Sequence record: DRR378314_2033
DNA length: 45,733 nt
Direction: 5' to 3' (one strand)
Shown here: piece after piece, positions 42,019 through 45,733 of the stretch
Numbering within the stretch: the stretch's first letter is position 1
Layout: every line of letters begins with the position of its first letter
Notes under the pieces: model-generated
Told to the model about the DNA's origin: nothing
Seen by the model: only the letters and a program-made list of their open reading frames with translations
Database searches by the model: none
Translations under genes and position numbers: made by a program

Positions 42019-43398
42019 TCAATTCTCAGACTTTTGGGAAAGAGAGTTTATGGCCTGCCTAACGTTCCCATGAATTTTACTTCCCTCCGGGACCAGGGTC
42101 AGCATTTTGTTCCAATGGGTACGGGCTTCGGATGCATTGCCTTTTACGGCTGCAGCAACACCTAAATACCAGTGAGCCTCTGGAATTGTATCATCAAGAG
42201 TGAGGACTTTTCGGTAGATCTCCAACGCAGCTTCAGGAGGTTCTGGTCCTTCAGCCCCTCGAATTAAAGACAAAGCCTGAAACACAAGTGGTTCCGGATT
42301 GTCAGGCTGTAGCTTCGCTGCCCGGCTGTAGGCATCAGCGGATTTATCAAACTGACTAAGGGTCGAGTAGGCTTTGCCAAGGCGCATCAAGCCCTCAACA
42401 TCCGGGTTCTCTGACATTCTCTCAGCCAACCGGGCAACCATGTTATTAATCATGTCCTGCCGATCAGCAGCCGTCATTTCCGCAGCAGCCTGCATATCTT
42501 CTCTGGAGGGGCCGGGGGCACCTGTCTCAATATCCTTGCTGGCCAGAAGATCACTGACATCTTTGCCCAGTTCACCTGCGACTACCTGAATGCGCTCAGC
42601 AAGGACAGATAAATAAGGGGCATCTGGCTCACTATCCGTATAAAGGTTGCTCCATTTGGTCAGTGCGACTTCCAGCCGGCCATTCTGCGCATCATGAAGG
42701 GCCAGATAAAACCGCGCACCCGGATGCAACGGATCCAGCGCGTAGGCTTTTTTAAAGTTTTGTAAGGCCGCATCGCTCACCGTGCCTTCAGCCAGAAAAA
42801 AGAAATTCTCGGCAGCCCCCACAAAAAGATCGGCATCCTCTGGCGCCAAACGGGTTGCCTGCAAATAGGTGTTTGCCGCTTCTTCATAGCGGTTCATGCG
42901 GTTCAGGGTGCGGGCCAATAAAATCCAGCCATCAAGGTTATCTGGCTGTTCCTGCAATTTGTTGGCAAGCCGTTTGACCAAAGTCCCTAGATCCTGATTA
43001 GCGAACTGTCGCTTCTCTGCATCGATATCCCGTGCCGACAAAGGTTGGGAAGGAAGATCCGGCGATCCCAGATAAGTGTATAAGCCGAAGGATCCGGCGG
43101 CCAGAACCACAATAATCAATCCAGCTTTCAGCGCGCGGTTTGTATCAACTCGCTGCTGGGTCTTCGGATCAGATCCAGCTCTTAAAATTCGGCGCTTGAT
43201 TTCAAGGCGTACCGGTTCTGCGTCCGCCTCTTTCACTACGCCCCGGGCCACATCTTCCTCAAGCTCTTTCAGCTGATGGCGGTAAACATCCAGTCCCTGA
43301 AGCTGATCCTCAGCCTTGCGTGATGACTTCCAGAAGAACGGCCACACCAGGATGATTGCCGCAACGACAAGGGTGGCGCTTAAGACAGCCCAAATCAT
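42019..43398 (-). CDS. ccmI: Cytochrome c maturation protein CcmI/CycH (TPR)
   Basis: N-terminal TM, VYRHQLKELEED, LY.YLGSP, P.NLDGWILLAR and TPR repeats; follows ccmH. Confidence 0.9.
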   Translation of the reverse strand: MIWAVLSATLVVAAIILVWPFFWKSSRKAEDQLQGLDVYRHQLKELEEDVARGVVKEADAEPVRLEIKRRILRAGSDPKTQQRVDTNRALKAGLIIVVLAAGSFGLYTYLGSPDLPSQPLSARDIDAEKRQFANQDLGTLVKRLANKLQEQPDNLDGWILLARTLNRMNRYEEAANTYLQATRLAPEDADLFVGAAENFFFLAEGTVSDAALQNFKKAYALDPLHPGARFYLALHDAQNGRLEVALTKWSNLYTDSEPDAPYLSVLAERIQVVAGELGKDVSDLLASKDIETGAPGPSREDMQAAAEMTAADRQDMINNMVARLAERMSENPDVEGLMRLGKAYSTLSQFDKSADAYSRAAKLQPDNPEPLVFQALSLIRGAEGPEPPEAALEIYRKVLTLDDTIPEAHWYLGVAAAVKGNASEARTHWNKMLTLVPEGSKIHGNVRQAINSLSQKSEN

Positions 43399-43919
43399 TT
43401 GCGTCTCCCCACCCCGTCATCCTCCAACAATTCCTGAAGGCGCTTTTCCTCCTCGGGTGTCAGAGGGGATGATGCTGCGCCTGCCAACTTTGCCTCTCTG
43501 GATTTACGGCGCAGGAACTGCCACATCAATATGCCGCCGACACCAAAGAACAAAATGGGCGCTAACCAGAGGATAAAGGTTCGCATCTTGAAAGGTGGAT
43601 CGAGCAATACCCAATCCCCATAGCGCGACACCAAATACGTCTTCACCTGATCATCACTATCGCCTGCGGCTACCCGCTCCCGAACAATGGATCGTAAATC
43701 TTTTGCCAAATCGGCATTACTATCCATGATCGACTGATTTTGACACACCAGGCAGCGGATCCCTTCAGCAATGTCTCTGGCTCTTGCCTCCTGCTGAGGA
43801 TCTTCAAGTCGTTCTTCAATAAAAACGGCTTCTGCCATAGACACAAAAAACCCGGCAGAAAAGAATAGCACCAGACAAATCCGGAGGAGGCCCTTTTGCC
43901 GTTGAAAGACAGCCGTCAT
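43395..43919 (-). CDS. ccmH: Cytochrome c maturation protein CcmH/CycL
   Basis: IRCLVCQNQSI.DSNA.LA.DLR and RYGDWVL..PP. Confidence 0.95.
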   Translation of the reverse strand: MTAVFQRQKGLLRICLVLFFSAGFFVSMAEAVFIEERLEDPQQEARARDIAEGIRCLVCQNQSIMDSNADLAKDLRSIVRERVAAGDSDDQVKTYLVSRYGDWVLLDPPFKMRTFILWLAPILFFGVGGILMWQFLRRKSREAKLAGAASSPLTPEEEKRLQELLEDDGVGRRK

Positions 43920-44449
43920 CCCATATTCCTATTGAGGCGCGGAAGAATTTTCTGTTGGAGATCCTTTTCGGTGATCGGGCCAATGATCTTGTCCATTATG
44001 GTTCCATCCGGTCCCATGATGAAAGTTTCTGGAACACCGTAGACCCCAAAATCAATCCCAACTCGTCCTTTCATATCCATACCGGTACGCGTATACGGAT
44101 TGCCGTGTTTTTTAAGCCATTTCGCAGCAGCATCCGGCTTGTCTTTATAGTTCAAGCCATAAATCTCGATCTTGCCCTGACGCTTTAACGCCATCAGTGT
44201 TGGGTGCTCCGCCATACAGGCAACGCACCAGGAGGCAAAAACATTCAGCAACGTGATCTTTCCAGATCGCAGGTCTTGGGAGGAAAGATCCTCCCCGTAC
44301 CCGGGAACGGCGGTCAGCGAAAACTCTGGGGCTTTCTTATCAATAAGCTCTGAGGGGATTTTGCTCGGGTCCAGATAAAAAAGCGCATAAAGCATAACGC
44401 CCGATATTCCCGCAAAGGTCATCAGCGGAATTAAGAACTTGAGTTTCAT
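43916..44449 (-). CDS. ccmG: Thiol:disulfide interchange protein CcmG/DsbE
   Basis: NVFASWCVAC..EHP, GLNYKD and GVYGVPETF. Confidence 0.94.
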   Translation of the reverse strand: MKLKFLIPLMTFAGISGVMLYALFYLDPSKIPSELIDKKAPEFSLTAVPGYGEDLSSQDLRSGKITLLNVFASWCVACMAEHPTLMALKRQGKIEIYGLNYKDKPDAAAKWLKKHGNPYTRTGMDMKGRVGIDFGVYGVPETFIMGPDGTIMDKIIGPITEKDLQQKILPRLNRNMG

Positions 44450-45733
44450 CTAGAAACCTCCGCTGATTTTTGGGGAGTTGTTGGCGTTTTCTTCTGTTGG
44501 ACCGATCCGATACGGAACCGTCTGTCGCTCAGGCTGAAAAAGCCACCTATAAACATGACAACGGCACCGCCCCAGATCCAGGACACAAAAGGTTTATGAT
44601 ATATCCGGGTGGCATATCCACCCTTCCCATCGGCTTCACCAATCACCACATATAAATCTGCACTTAGCATTGGCCAGATCGCAGCTTCGGTCGTTTCCAT
44701 TGGCGGAGACTGATAGACCCGCTGTTCCGGGGTCAAGGTCACAACCGCATTGCCGCCTTTCATGACATCAAACGTACCACTTAAAATCTCATAATTTGGA
44801 CCCTGACTTTCCGCAGCCCCTTTGAAGGTAAATTCATAGCCGCCAACCGTCACTGTTTCACTCGGCACCATGACACCTAGACGTTCACTTTGCCAAGCTT
44901 CGGATGCGGTGATGCCAAGGATCACCATCGCAACCCCCAAATGCGCCAAGGTCATGCCATGGGCACTTCTGGGTAAGTTCTTCAGGCGCTTGAAACTATT
45001 GGATATACTGGTTCGGAAAAGTTTGATCCGATCGGCCCATTCTATCAATACAGCAGTTGTTACCCAGGCAAACAGACCCATTCCCACAAAAGCCAGGATC
45101 GGTCCATCATCCACAACCCACCAGGTAACGCCGAGCATAACCACCACGACCAGAACAGCCAGTTTGAGACGGGACAACACCCCTTTTAAGTCGGACCGTT
45201 TCCACGGCAGAAAAGGTCCAATGGCCAACGCGACAACCAACGGCATCGCAAGCGGCAAAAAAGTTGAATTGAAGAACGGAGGGCCGACAGAAACCTTGGC
45301 ACCGGACACCGCATCCAGGAATAACGGGTACAAGGTTCCCAGCAGAACCGTCGCTGCTGCAGTCGACAGCAAAAGGTTATTCAAAACCAAAGCGCCTTCA
45401 CGACTGATCGGGGCAAAAACACCCCCGCCCCGCATTTTCGGCGCGCGAATGGCATAAAGGGTCAGAGATCCACCAACCACAACAAAAAGGAACATCAGAA
45501 TAAACACGCCCCGTTCCGGATCGGTTGCAAAGGCGTGAACCGAATTCAAAACACCAGAGCGAACGAGAAATGTTCCCAACAAAGAAAAACTAAAGGCGAT
45601 GATTGCAAGCAAGATGGTCCAGTTTTTCAAAGCATCCCGTTTTTCCACAACAATAGCCGAATGCAGTAACGCCGTTGAAATCAGCCATGGCATGAACGAC
45701 GCATTTTCAACCGGATCCCAGAACCACCAGCCG
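44446..45733 (-). CDS. ccmF: Heme lyase CcmF, 3' part (5' end beyond window)
   Basis: The reading frame continues to the window edge as GWWFWDPVENASFMPW (WWD motif). Also GTFLVRSGVL.SVHAFA and LGTLYPL. Confidence 0.96.
   Translation of the reverse strand, partial: GWWFWDPVENASFMPWLISTALLHSAIVVEKRDALKNWTILLAIIAFSFSLLGTFLVRSGVLNSVHAFATDPERGVFILMFLFVVVGGSLTLYAIRAPKMRGGGVFAPISREGALVLNNLLLSTAAATVLLGTLYPLFLDAVSGAKVSVGPPFFNSTFLPLAMPLVVALAIGPFLPWKRSDLKGVLSRLKLAVLVVVVMLGVTWWVVDDGPILAFVGMGLFAWVTTAVLIEWADRIKLFRTSISNSFKRLKNLPRSAHGMTLAHLGVAMVILGITASEAWQSERLGVMVPSETVTVGGYEFTFKGAAESQGPNYEILSGTFDVMKGGNAVVTLTPEQRVYQSPPMETTEAAIWPMLSADLYVVIGEADGKGGYATRIYHKPFVSWIWGGAVVMFIGGFFSLSDRRFRIGSVQQKKTPTTPQKSAEVSR

Overview
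This is an alphaproteobacterial core-chromosome segment (roughly 50% GC by eye), densely coding and mostly on the minus strand. It carries, in order: the F1 ATP synthase operon (atpH-A-G-D, atpD cut by the window edge), priA, tal-DUF484-xerC, a GST/MFS pair, the TCA cluster mdh-sucCDAB-lpdA, an uncharacterised lipoprotein with zapE, paiB-like and YdcF-like genes, sdhCDAB, two ethylmalonyl-CoA-pathway genes (mcl2-like and mch), asd-leuBDC, ffh-rpsP-rimM-trmD-rplS, dapF-mtaB-ftsY-yciB-DUF3445, a Nudix gene, a small orphan ORF and ccmF-G-H-I (ccmF cut by the edge). All genes look intact. I found no mobile element, prophage, CRISPR array, rRNA or tRNA, and I cannot support a claim of a new multi-gene system. 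The best leads are small. They are a PhaR-type palindrome over the predicted mcl2-mch promoter, an ffh 5' leader RNA hairpin, a hairpin with an out-of-frame uORF at the sucA start, an apparently inverted lipoprotein-zapE unit, a 62-aa orphan with a YjfB-like C-terminal motif, and a stand-alone DUF3445 gene. Family assignments come from recognising motifs by eye; no database searches were run.
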